64,000 nt of DNA from Podarcis cretensis. Lineage: Eukaryota. The DNA lies in the NCBI GenBank assembly GCA_951804945.1, contig OX638162.1, positions 36,828,001 to 36,892,000 of the forward strand, written 5' to 3'. Below the pieces are notes generated by a model. The model was not told the DNA's origin. It saw only the letters and a list, made by a program, of their open reading frames with translations, and did no database searches. The translations under genes and the position numbers were made by a program. Below are positions 10,523-22,476 of the stretch, piece by piece; position 1 is the stretch's first letter, and each line of letters begins with the position of its first letter.

Positions 10523-12346
10523 CTCAAATGTTCTCCCATTGGCTTTAATAGGGCCAAACAAAGTCACAACACAGAAGTGAGCAAGCTTTCAAGCTTCACA
10601 GAAGTCTTCCTCAGTTAAGATATATTACACAAAGCCAAAAGTGTGGGCAGGAGAGAAAAAAGATGTTCCTGGGCATGATGGAAAAGGCCAAGGCTACAAT
10701 CTGCAACAGCTTTCCAAGGTGGAGCACTCCAGATATTTTAAACTACAATTCCCAACAGCATGAGTCAAATAATGAGTGACGTTAACACCTGCAGTTGGAA
10801 GACCACTCTGTGCTATTTGAAGAAAAGAGGCAGGAGGAACTAAAGCTGAACTTGAAGAAGGTTTCTTTAGAGAACTAGGTATTACAAGCAGGGCCTGCAG
10901 CAAAATGTTGCAGGGCATTCCCACCGTCTTAAGTCAAGGATGGGGAAACTGTAGCCCCTTCAGAAGTTGATGGACTTCAACTCCCTTCATTGCTGACCAT
11001 GGACCATATTGGCTTATCCTTGCTCTAAAGCAGAGAGCTGTTGTTCAGGGGCCCAACCAACTGAAACACAAGTTCTGTAGTCCATTCCAGGCTCCGAAGG
11101 GAAAGAAATAGGACCCCCCCCCCAACTGTCACAAAAAAACCTTTTCCTGCTGTGCTAAAAGGATCAGCTGGCAGGTGATGCGAAAAACTTATGCATGAAA
11201 TTAGACAACCACAGCCAGGCAGAGTAGACAATGCCATGCTTGCGTTTGCTGATCTGTTATTGGAGTCTATGGGTGGTAGTCAAGGTTAGTCCTACTCAGA
11301 GTAGACCCACTGAAAGCCCACTTCTATACACTGAGCAGAAGGTCTGAAGGGGGGAATGGTATATGCACCTGCAAGCTCCCCACTTCATCAGACTTCCCGT
11401 CAAAGGCATGGAGGTCTGGAGAGAAGAGTGTAAGGACACAGGATGAAGATACAGCAGGCAGGGCCAGCACATACAGCCCAACTCCACCACCTACTCATGA
11501 CTGGGAGGTCACACAAGCTGCAGTAATGCATATTGCTAGGGAAGAGGAGACAGAGCACAGGGTTGCTGTTTCAGCGGCAGATGCACATTCCCAGGAATGT
11601 TTTGGCTTAACTATTAGAAACATTCAGTGCTCCATACTTTTTCTGTTTATGAAGATTCTCCTAAGAAATTACACATCGTGCCAGAATTGCTATATTTTGA
11701 AATTTAAAAAATAAAATCTGTTAAGTGCAACTAGGTAAGCCAAGTGTCTAACGAAAACTACAGATTGTAACAGGGACATCTTGTGGAATGCCTGTTTTGC
11801 TTGGCAAGGTCTGTTACTGCTGTTCTCAATAAGAAATGGAAAATGGGTAGTCTGGCTGAATGGGTTTTATTGGATCAGCTTCTACTGCAGCAGGAATATG
11901 CAAGCTTTCTACTTACAAATGGCTCTTCATCTGGCAGAATGGAGAGTAGGAGTTATATTACTGGATACATATAAAGCAAGACTAACCCACAATCAACATT
12001 TTCTTAGTAGTAGCCTTTGCATGCTTTTTAACATTTCTGAGTGCCTTGAGAGTCCTCCCCTACTACTCTTTTTTGTGTGTCAGAGCAATAGCAGCACAAA
12101 TGGCAAATCCCTCTTTCCCCTTCGTGGCTCTTCTCTGAATCCCATCACTGTTCTCAACAGCTTTGTTCATATCCTATAGGTCAGCTCTATGACTTCCTAA
12201 AGGATAAAAGAATGGGATTGGTTAAGGTCCTGAGCAGGGGAGGGACATATGCCACCAGCTCACCCACAAGGACCAGTCTCACAGCTTAAGGTGGAGGGGG
12301 AGAAAAAAGGTGAATCCACCTGTGCATATAGTTCTTGCTAGAGGGC

Positions 12347-12352
12347 TTTATT
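12347..12352 (-). terminator. Candidate KLHL10 polyadenylation signal AATAAA
   Basis: TTTATT on plus, with 16 nt between it and the stop codon on the minus strand. Confidence 0.55.
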
Positions 12353-12368
12353 AGTCAAGGAGAGCTTT

Positions 12369-12743
12369 TCACACAGGTAGTGTACTTGTGGATGAGGAGT
12401 ACTTGACCTCATCTCTCTGAGCTGACCCCACGTAGTTGTCCCGCCTGGCAGCGTACTCCCCAACGTTGGGCAGTCCTGGCACCACGCAGCAGCTCAGGGC
12501 ACTGCGGTAGATACTCATGTCGTGGGCGTCGTACCACTCGTCCGTCTTCTCATCATAGCACTCAACGTTGAACGTTGTCGTGAAGCCGTTGAAGCCACCC
12601 ACCACAAAGAGCAGGTCGTCCACCACTTCGATGCCAAAGTTGCTGCGAGGGTTGAACATGGTTGGGATGGTCCTCCAGGTGTTGGCAATGGGGTTGTAAG
12701 CTTCTGCGCTCCGGAGGCGGTTGGCTCCGTCAAATCCGCCCAC
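12369..12743 (-). CDS. KLHL10: KLHL10 exon 5 (Kelch, stop)
   Basis: CTCACAG acceptor, [16 protein letters not shown]...TSTLPV, TGA at 12369-12371. Confidence 0.96.
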   Translation of the reverse strand: MGGFDGANRLRSAEAYNPIANTWRTIPTMFNPRSNFGIEVVDDLLFVVGGFNGFTTTFNVECYDEKTDEWYDAHDMSIYRSALSCCVVPGLPNVGEYAARRDNYVGSAQRDEVKYSSSTSTLPV

Positions 12744-15700
12744 CTGTGAGGCAGCAAAAAGACAGGGAGTCATTTAGAGGAGGAGGAGGAGGAGGAGGCG
12801 GCGGCTGCTTCACACCAAGTCAGACCACTGATCCAGGCAGATCAGGGAGGCACTGTCCAGATGCTGGGCCCAAACTCCCATCAGTTCCATGCAATAGCAG
12901 TAGTCAGGGCTGGTGCAGAAGGACATTTTATTGCCCAAGATGAAGGACCAGATGGCACAAGAGGGAAGCTGCCATAGGGGCCAATGACCAGAGAAGAGAG
13001 ATGTTGTCATCTGATCAAGTCTTCTGTGCACACTGAAAGCTTGCATAGCACTAGTTTAAATCAACACAAATTGTTCCAGTAGAAGACTTCACAGAGGCAT
13101 TTGACTCCCTACTTTAAATTACACCTCGGCATGGACTCACTACATGTCCTATATGCAAACTACAATTGTAGCCTTAACTTTACTGTGGGATAAAAGCAAA
13201 GACCTGCTATAGAGGGTTGCTGTACGGGTCACCAATACAGAACTTTAAATGCTTAAACTGGTGTACAACTGCTTGCAAATATGGTTATTCCATAGGCTAC
13301 AAGAAATCAGCAGATGGATCCTAGAGCATCTGCACTGCATGCAGAAGGCCCCAGGTAACTCCAGGTAGGACTAAGAAGGAACCCTGCCTAAAACCCTGTA
13401 GAGTCTGTCAATGTAGACAATAGTGAGCTGGACAGAGCAATGGTCTCATTCAGAATAAGGCAGCTTCCTGTGTTCCTATGTAATCCATTATATCTGCACT
13501 CAGCTATTTGTTTTGACTTCCCCATTTCCTTCCTGGTGCAGCCCAAGCAGTATGAATCAAAGCCCTGTCAGGCTGAGGACTTTTTCACTGTGGCTTGGAT
13601 TTCTGTGGTTTAAATTGTTTTGTACGTGTTTTGGAATTATAAGTTATCAACAAGAAACTTTAATGGATTTTTTTAAAAAAGAAACACCCTGATACATAAA
13701 AGCAATACAACATGGAGAGGCTGAAATTATTTAGGCAGAAGTCACAGGTGGCATTTAATTTTTTAAAAAAGAAAAGTGGTATATGAGGACTTAAACTGAC
13801 CAGTCATGTGCTCCTAATACAGGAGCATAAGAAATGGCTTTGCCTTGATAAGGAAGGACAGTCACTCTGAACATGCTCAGAGGTTCTCTTCCTTCCATAC
13901 AACCTGCAGGTTGAAACAGAAAAAGCCCCCCACAACACACATGTGGCGATGCATGGTAGTGTTGGGAGTGTGTGATTTAGGAGCTTGACTCCAACTTCAG
14001 TGAGAGATTGTGGAAACAATAGTTGCAACCCTCAGCATCAAACTGATGTCTGGGAGAGGGTGGAACACTGTGAACTATGGACAGGCCACTGGAGGCCCTC
14101 CTTTCGGGTTTCCCTTGCTCTCAGTGTAGCCCGATCCCAAAGCCTCCTGAAAACATGCACTACTACACACAGAGGCCGTGCAGAAACACAGGTGATAAGC
14201 TGCCACACCTTGCCTAACAATAGGTGTAATATAAGGTATCTGATAATTGTAAAGGATGTGCGGGTACAGGTAATGTTGCTAGTTAGCATTAGTGATAACT
14301 GAGCTATATAATATGCACCAAACCAAGTAAAGTGTTCTTTGTTATTCAGTAATCTCAGAATGTGTGTCAGCAACTTCCTACGTTGGCAACCTCCCACAAC
14401 AGAAAAGAACTTTGGTGTGAGTAGTGGGATGAGGATTCAGCAGAACCACCTGAAGGAATGGCCCAACATTGAGTGTAATTGCATATACTTAGTGATTACC
14501 AAATAATATGTATGTTACAGTAAGGCTGGCCCTGCTGCCATCACCACCAGGATAGCTGCAGCTTGGAGGTCTTAGTGCCAGGCATTGAGACCCCAGTAGC
14601 TGTCTGAAGATGCCAGCTGTTGATACCAGGCTGAGAAGATCGCCACAACCTTCAGAAGACCACTAAGATACAGCATTCTTGCCATTTTGTGCCTATCCAC
14701 TTCCTTAAATATATACAGTTCATGAGCAACAGCTTGGCCAGCACTTGGTCCACACCAAACCCAAAGGAGGCAGCATTGTTCCAACAACTTTACCGCCAAA
14801 GGGTGCTGCAGGCTTGCCTGCCATTACGGGCACAAAAGGACCCTGGCCTTACTGCGTAGACGTGTTCTCCGTACGCTATCACGCCAATGCCGCTTCGCCT
14901 GCTTCTCATGGGTGCGATCAAGCTCCACTGATCAATCTTGGCGTCATACACTTCTGCTGTGAACAGGCACTCATTTCCGTTGAACCCACCACATATATAG
15001 ACCTTTTTTAAAAATGGAAAGCAAAAAATAGGAGGTTTGTGAAAATATTGTTGAAATAAATTCAATGCCATTGTAGAAAGAATTGTTGGCCCTGTCCACT
15101 TTACACGCATATCGGTCTGATGGCTTTTTAATTGTTATAGTATCCTCCAGAGAACCCTGGGGATTGTAGTTTGGTGAAAGCACTGAGAATTCTCACAGGC
15201 TTTCTAGGCCTCCAGGTAAAACTACAGCTCCCATGATTCCTTGGGAGAAGGAATGGCTGTTGTTAAGTGTGGATTATTAATTTTTTAATCTTGGCCTTCC
15301 TCCAAGCTCCTCAAAGCAATGTACGACGTACCTCCCTTGTAATTCTTACAACACTGTGAGGCTAAGTTAGGCTGAGAGAGAGGGAATGGGACAAGGACAC
15401 TCAGTGAGCTTTGTGGCTGAGTGGGGATTTGAAGCTTACTCTTAGTTCTACTATGACCACGAAACCCACACCAGCTCCTACCCTGGATACACTTAAAAGT
15501 TTGTATCGGGGTTTGGGAACCTGTGGCCCTCCAGATGTTGCTGGAATCCATCAGCCCCAGTTGGTATGTCCAATGGCCAAGGATGATGGCAGATGGAGTC
15601 CAACAACAGCTGGAGGACCACAGATTTTTCATCTCTGGTTTATATTAACAGAAACCAAGATTGTTTTTCCTGTTGAAATAGCTGGCTGGATAACCTCTCA

Positions 15701-18700
15701 TTGCTTAAGATGTTAGAGCAGGCCTGCACAACCTGCAATTTATGCCTGATATGACGGTCTACCAGCAGCTTAATAGATGTTCTGGGTTACAGCCTGCCTG
15801 ACACTGCAAAGCCAGCTGGGTTTATCCGGCACCTGGTAGGTCAGTTCATGCAGCCAGTGGGCTGTTTCCAGCCAGATGTGGCAGAAATCATGCAGGGATT
15901 ACAACAAGCCAAATTGAAAAGGACGTTGGGAACTGCCTTACACTGAATCAGACTATTGGTCCATCTAGTTCAGTATTGTTTACACTGACTAGCTATGGCT
16001 CTCCAGGGTTTCAGAGGTCTTTCCCAGTCCTACCTACAGATGCCTGGGATTGAATGGATGCTTCACCCCCCGAGTTCCAGCCCTATTCCTTAAAATTATT
16101 TAAGATTCTTAAATATTCATGCTCAGTTTATGACCCTATATCAGAGGAACTGCTCAAGTATGGATACTGCACCGTGAGATTCACTAGACAAAGCATGTGT
16201 GGCTGGCAGTGCTTATTGTTATCTTTTTTCAAAAAAGATCTCAAGTGCTGATTTATTTCATTTCATTTCCAGAGAGATAGCTGCTGTACAAAAACAATGA
16301 AAGTCTTATGGTGTCTGATGAAGTAGGGCTCTAATTCATAACCACTCATGCCATAATACGCTTGTTAGGGTTTAAGATGCCACAAGTTGCCACCATTTAT
16401 CTTGCTCTGCTCCTCATCTGACAGTGTTCCCAGAGCAGTGACCAATATAAACAATAAAAAAAAATCCATCAATAAAACAATACTGCCAAGCAAACTATCA
16501 CAATAATAAGCATTGCAAACAGATACTGAAGGTTTTTAAAATCTAACATAAAATACATACAGCATTAAAAGGCCTAGACAGATTTTCATCTGGTACCGAA
16601 AATGAAATAAAGATGTTTATTACTTCAGTTGATGGCAGAGCAGGGATGATCTCAAAGGCTGGACAGGTTTTTGCACTGGGGCTCTAAGCTATTTAAGGAT
16701 GTCTAGGTTAAAATCAGAACTTTCCATTCTGAACAGAAACAGTTAATGTAGCTGACTTAAGATTGACATAATATGTTCTACATGAGTGGTCCCAATTAAT
16801 GAACATACTGCTATATTTTGCACTAAATGAGGCTTCAAAGCATCTTTGTGTACAGGACATTGCAGTGTTCTAAACAAGATGTTGCCAGTGTGTGGATAAC
16901 TGTGGCCAAGCTATTGTCATCCAAGAGGGGTCACAGCTTGTACACCAGCCTCAGCTGGTAAAAGGAATTTCAAGATGTAGAGGCCACTTGGGCCTCTCTA
17001 GATAAGGCCAAATCCAGCAACACTCCCCAAACTGCAGTGATCACCACCTCTCAGGTCACATGAGCCACCAACTCACAACACCTTCATCTGAGGTTCAGTT
17101 TATGGATCCCTCATCCCTCCCCCCCCCCAGTTCATTATCAATCAAAAGCAACTGTTTTGCATTTCCACAGCATTTCCACATGGATTTGATGAAAAAGAAA
17201 AACAGAGCTTGGTGTCATTAACATTTTTGCTATTTTCCCTCTGTCCTCAAACCGTATCTGTATTGTTGTCATCTCTACAGAAAGGAACAAAGGCTGGAAA
17301 AGGGGGGTAGTTTAGAAAGCAGCTCAGGATGGTGAGGGGCCTTGTGGACACCAGTCTAGCCTCGTTTCCTAATCTTCCCTTAATATTTAATTTCTTCTCT
17401 GGAGGCAACCCCCCTAAGTTCTGGGCACCACAGTTCAAGAAGGACACTGACAAACTGGAACGTGTCCAGAGGAGGGCAACCAAAATGGTCAAAGGCCTGG
17501 AAACAATGCCTTATGAGGAACGGCTAAGGGAGCTGGGCATGTTTAGCCTGGAGAAGAGGAGGTTAAGGGGTGATATGATAGCCATGTTCAAATATATAAA
17601 AGGATGTCACATAGAGGAGGGAGAAAGGTTGTTTTCTGCTGCTCCAGAGAAGCGGACACGGAGCAATGTCTCCAAACTACAAGAAAGAAGATTCCACCTA
17701 AACATTAGGAAGAACTTCCTGACAGTAAGAGCTGTTCGACAGTGGCATTTGCTGCCAAGGAGTGTGGTGGAGTCTCCTTCTTTGGAGGTCTTTAAGCAGA
17801 GGCTTGACAACCATATGTCAGGAGTGCTCTGATGGTGTTTCCTGCTTGGCAGGGGGTTGGACTCGATGGCCCTTGTGGTCTCTTCCAACTCTATGATTCT
17901 ATGAAGTTTCACATCCATCCCTGTGACCTGTCAGCCTTAGCAGCTGGTTACCTTTTATAAACACTGGCCTACTTTCATTCTCATTACCTTTCCATACAGG
18001 GTTGTAGCACTTGCATCACTCCTCTGCTCATGCATGGGGGCTATCAAGGTCCACTGGTTGGTCTCAGGCTCATACCTCTCAGCTGTGTTGAGACGCACAT
18101 AGCCGTCAAAGCCACCCATGGCATAGATGAAGTTATCAAGGACGGTGACACTAACATAACAGCGTCGTGAGTGCATGGGCGCAACCTGGTGCCACGTCTT
18201 CTTGACGGGCTCAAATCGCTTGACGCTGTTGAAGTAGTCCACACTGTCAAACCCCCCAATGATGTAGACGTAGCCCTTTAAGTAGGCGGCACCATGGTAC
18301 GCCCGGGGGCTCTCCTGCTGGCACGTGACGTTCACCCAGCGGTCTGCACGGGCGTCATACGTTTCGATGGCATTGGTTGGGCTCCCACCGCTCCAGCCGC
18401 CAATGGCAAACAAAATGGCGTACGGCAGACGGGGTCTCGTCAGCGGGTTGGTGAAGTCGGAGCTAGATGGTCCGTTCATGTTGAGATCGTACATGGCTTT
18501 CAGGGCATCGATAACAATGGGCTTGCACTCCTCGCTATCCTTCACATAGTCATGCATTTTGACATTGTTCATAAAATATTCAGCATGCATCAAGGCCAGG
18601 CGTACCTGCAGAGAGGGGAGTGAAAGGACTGGTGCTAAACAAGAAGGTCTCCATGGCATGAAGAAAAACTATGTTATGCAGAGCTGATGCTATGATTTAT

Positions 18701-21700
18701 AACATCCGAATCAATTAGGAGACCAGTTATGAACACTTTCTTTTTACTGTGATTAATGGCTGCCACTGGAAGATCCAGGGAGCAGCAATCCTCCTTCTAC
18801 CAAAGTAATAATTTTATTTTATTGCAGTACAGGCATTAGGACAGCAACTGTTTGGTGTTTGTCCAGCTGATGTTTTGGGACTCAGGAGCATCTCCAGGAC
18901 GGCTGAAACCCTGGCTGTGAGAATTCACTGGATCACCAACAGAAGATTCCACCAGCTGCATTAATTGCCGATTATTAGTTTTGCGATGTTATGTTTCAGT
19001 GATACTATATGGCTTATTGTATATTGTTATTGTACTACTGTATTTAGATTTAGATTTTTGCATGAACTGTTTTGAGAAGTGAGGTGTTGTGCATGTGATG
19101 CAGGTGCCCTCCCACTGAGCTACAGTGGTACCTCGGGTTAAGAACTTAATTCGTTCTGGAGGTCTGTTCTTAACCTGAAACTGTTCTTAACCTGAAACAC
19201 CACTTTAGCTAATGGGGCCTCCTGCTGCCGCCGTGCCACCAGAGCACGATTTCTGTTCTCATCCTGAAGCAAAGTTCTTAACCCGAGGTAATATTTCTGG
19301 GTTAGCGGAGTCTGAAACCTGAAGCGTATGTAACCCGAGGTACCACTGTACAGCTCTCCCCCAATTTATGACGCTTGTATCCTTGCGGTCAGCCAGTTGC
19401 CCCAACGGGAAGCCCACAAGCAGGACCTGAGTGCAACAGCACTCTCCCCACTTCTGATTCCCAGTGACGGGTAGCAACATCAGCCTTTCAATAATAAATA
19501 CATGAATGAAACTCAGGGTGACATACGTAGCAGACCAAGAGCCTCCTAGAGCAGGCCTATGGCCCATCTAATCCAGCATCCTGCTCTTACAGTGGCCAAC
19601 CAGATGGCGATGGGAAGCTTGCAAGCAGAGCCCGAGTGGAACAGCTCTCCCCACTTGTGATTCCCAGCAATTGGCATTCAGGAGGCATACAGCCTCTTGC
19701 ACCAAAAGTAGTACACAGCCATTATATGAAGCTGATTGGGAAGTTAGCCAGCACTGTAGATCTGGAGACATAAGGGGTTGGATTCAACACCACACTATTA
19801 CAATCGTTCTGTCAGCTCACACAGTTCTGCTTGCCAGATGGAACGATTCCACCCTCTCCTCCCTGTGTGCCGTTTTGGGGGTTCTCCCAAACCACCCCCA
19901 GAGCTTATGGAGGGAGGAACTTGTGCTAATGGGAGTCCTTGCACTGGCTCCTGCTAGCACAAGTATTTAGATAAATCTGGTCCTAGATACCTGAAGGACA
20001 GGGGATGGATGGACCCCCAAGATATTTAAAAGGGCTAACCTTAGGGAGCAGGACTGCCATGTGCTGCTTTCGGTTTGTGGGATCGTGGGCAATCCACTTG
20101 AGGATGGCCTCAAAGACGGCGTCTTCCTGTTTCACATTGAGTTCGTCCTTTTCAATGATGTCTTTAAACTCATTGACCGAGAGCTCCAGGAATTCAGTAG
20201 ACGCTTTTACCATCTCCTCAAAGTTGTGCAAGATGAACATATAGGCCGCCTGCCGCAGCTCCGGACAGAAGTAGTACTCTGTGAATTTGCAGATACCAAT
20301 ACAGTTCTCCAGGCACAGCTGGCATTTCATGAAGTCAGAACAAGCCCTGACGATGCCCATCACATTAAATTGGTCAGCAGCCACAAGAAGCCTTTCCACA
20401 TTGTCCACGGTGATGGGCACTGTCCTTGTGTAGGCGTATTCGATAATGAGTTTCATCATATCTGGGGTTATGCCAGGAATATTATATACTCTCTTCTCTG
20501 AGTTGTTCCAGCTACTGGTAAACAGAGCTCTGAAAAAGAACACAACTATTTCTCATTGGTCTTTGTTGCATCTTGGGGTCCTGTTCCTCAAGGGGATGGT
20601 GTTGGGTCCACCGGGATCCTCCAGCTAACCCACTGAACCTCTATAGCAATCCCCACAACTTTTTGGTGCTCATGACAGCTGCAAGCCTCATATTGCTTCT
20701 AAAAGTTGAACAAGAATAGGCACTACTACAGGTGCTACGTAATACCCATTCGGCATTTGTAAGAACTCAATTGTTTAGTGTGGCAGCGCCTGCACTTTGG
20801 AACTCCCCGACTATTGAGATCAAGCAGACGCCTTCACAGTACTTGTTTTGGCACCTGCTAAAAACATTCTTGTTTGGACATGCCTACCCAGATGCTTAGA
20901 AAGTTGATGTGATCTGTTTTAGTATTTAGGGCACACCTGCCTGACTAGGAATTCAATGCAAGACTGAGCAACCTTGCACTAGTTCCTATGAACAGGCACC
21001 ACCCGTCTACAATGCTGACACTGCAACCACACCCATCTTTAGGCCAGACTGCCAAAAAATAAATAAAAACTAAACAAAAAATAAATATTCAGACCAGATT
21101 CTCTAACATCAGGTCTGGGGTGCAATAAAAGTTGCAACAGATGGAATGCCCATCAAGAGGCACATCATGGCTTCAACCTCTGGACCTGGTTGCCAGTGTA
21201 AACTATTGTTGACAATGACAGCTCTTAAGTCATGCTGGTGCACTGGCAGCTTATTATTTTAGTACTCTACATACCTCAACTGAAACATATTCCAGCTCAC
21301 ATTTGATAACTTCCTTGGGCTAGAAGAGTTGGGTCCTCAGTAGCTACTGGGCTGATAATGCGACAAGATTTTGCTCCTAAGGCAAGAAGTACGGTCACTT
21401 GACTGTATCAGCAAAATCTCAGAAACCGTTACTCAACAGAGCCAACCAGATACTAAACAAAAACCCTGTTTGCTCAAATAGCACCATGAGTCTCCCAATA
21501 CTACAAGTCAGTAATGACTCAGAAGAAGTGTGGGCTCTGTATTTTATCCTAGATGGGCATGAAAAGCCAAGGATGGTAGGGTCTCATTATTCAAGCAAAT
21601 CCTTGCTATGGAATCCACTGTTCAAACAAATTAGAAACCTAGACAATCTTACCCCCTCCTGTCTTTTCTACTTTATTCCTATCCTGTGGTATTTCATTAA

Positions 21701-22476
21701 CCTTCTTCTTGACTTATTTGGCTTTGATAAAAGACTCTGCTTCTGAATTATGCTTTTGGATGCCATTTGGCATCCCCTTGACTTGAAGACACAACCTGAA
21801 ACTATTAATTGGTGGACATGAGTTAAGAACACACTCATTTACCTTTTAAGACAATTTGATTAAATGTTGCTGTAACAGAGAATGAAAGTTACATTACAAT
21901 ATGGTTCTCGACTATTCTGGTAGTTAAAAAAAAACAAATAATAAATAATAAACCCTATTCTGGTAGTTTTTGTTTTACTAAATTTATCATTTAAATGGGA
22001 ACTATTTGGTGGTTTTCGCAATATGATCACTTCTTTGAGTTTAATTGATCAGTTAAAAGGCAGATGAACAACTAATAAATTTCAACTGCCTGTCAACCTA
22101 TTAATTAGTGGTTATGACTTCCACACAACTGCAATCTGGGATAGAGAGGGTGAACCAGCAGCCAACCACATCTTTGAAGACAGCAGGAACTCAAGCATCT
22201 ATTACTGAATAAAATGAGCCCTTAAATCAAGACATATTCCTGGGAATTTTGCCAGAGAAACCAACTCTTGCCTGTTAGAAGCACTGACCTAAAATAGGAG
22301 CTGCAGCTACAGAGGATGTTCTTGTGGGCATTGAACTCGCACCCATTGACCTTGATGATCACGTCACAGAGCTTCCCTTCCAGTCGAAGTTCGTTGAAGA
22401 CTGTACAAGCCATCGCACTCATCTTCCTCTCCATGTGGCGGTGGGAGTACCCCGCCGAAGCAGAGGCATCATCCAT
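12369..22476 (-). CDS. KLHL10: KLHL10 (kelch-like protein 10; BTB-BACK-6 Kelch CUL3 adaptor), complete: exons 22289-22476, 20040-20529, 17988-18605, 14853-15002, 12369-12743; 1821 nt, 606 aa
   Basis: Translation is near-identical to recalled human KLHL10 ([23 protein letters not shown]; [32 protein letters not shown]; C-terminal [14 protein letters not shown]). GT-AG introns, no frameshifts or stops. Confidence 0.95.
14853..15002 (-). CDS. KLHL10: KLHL10 exon 4 (Kelch)
   Basis: AAG acceptor, [17 protein letters not shown]...GEHVYA, GTAAGG donor, 150 nt. Confidence 0.94.
16385..17225 (-). mobile_element. Degraded L2-like LINE
   Basis: A-rich 3' end on the left and L2-like RT-region remnants on the minus strand. 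Confidence 0.45.
17417..17904 (+). mobile_element. CR1 LINE 3' end
   Basis: [52 protein letters not shown]...; ends TTCCAACTCTATGATTCTATGA. Confidence 0.92.
17988..18605 (-). CDS. KLHL10: KLHL10 exon 3 (BACK end, Kelch repeats 1-3)
   Basis: CTCTGCAG acceptor, [11 protein letters not shown]...ATTLYGK, GTAATG donor, 618 nt. Confidence 0.96.
19123..19348. mobile_element. Tc1/mariner (Tigger-like) MITE nested in a SINE head
   Basis: Perfect 18-bp TIR CAGTGGTACCTCGGGTTA/TAACCCGAGGTACCACTG with TA duplication; flanks rejoin as CCCACTGAGCTA|CAGCTCTCCC. Confidence 0.88.
20040..20529 (-). CDS. KLHL10: KLHL10 exon 2 (BTB/BACK)
   Basis: TTTTTCAG acceptor, ALFTSSWNN...AVLLPK, GTTAGC donor, 490 nt. Confidence 0.96.
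22289..22476 (-). CDS. KLHL10: KLHL10 coding exon 1 (BTB N-terminal part)
   Basis: ATG 22476 (MDDASASAG...CSCSSYF), GTCAGT donor, phase 2. Confidence 0.9.
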
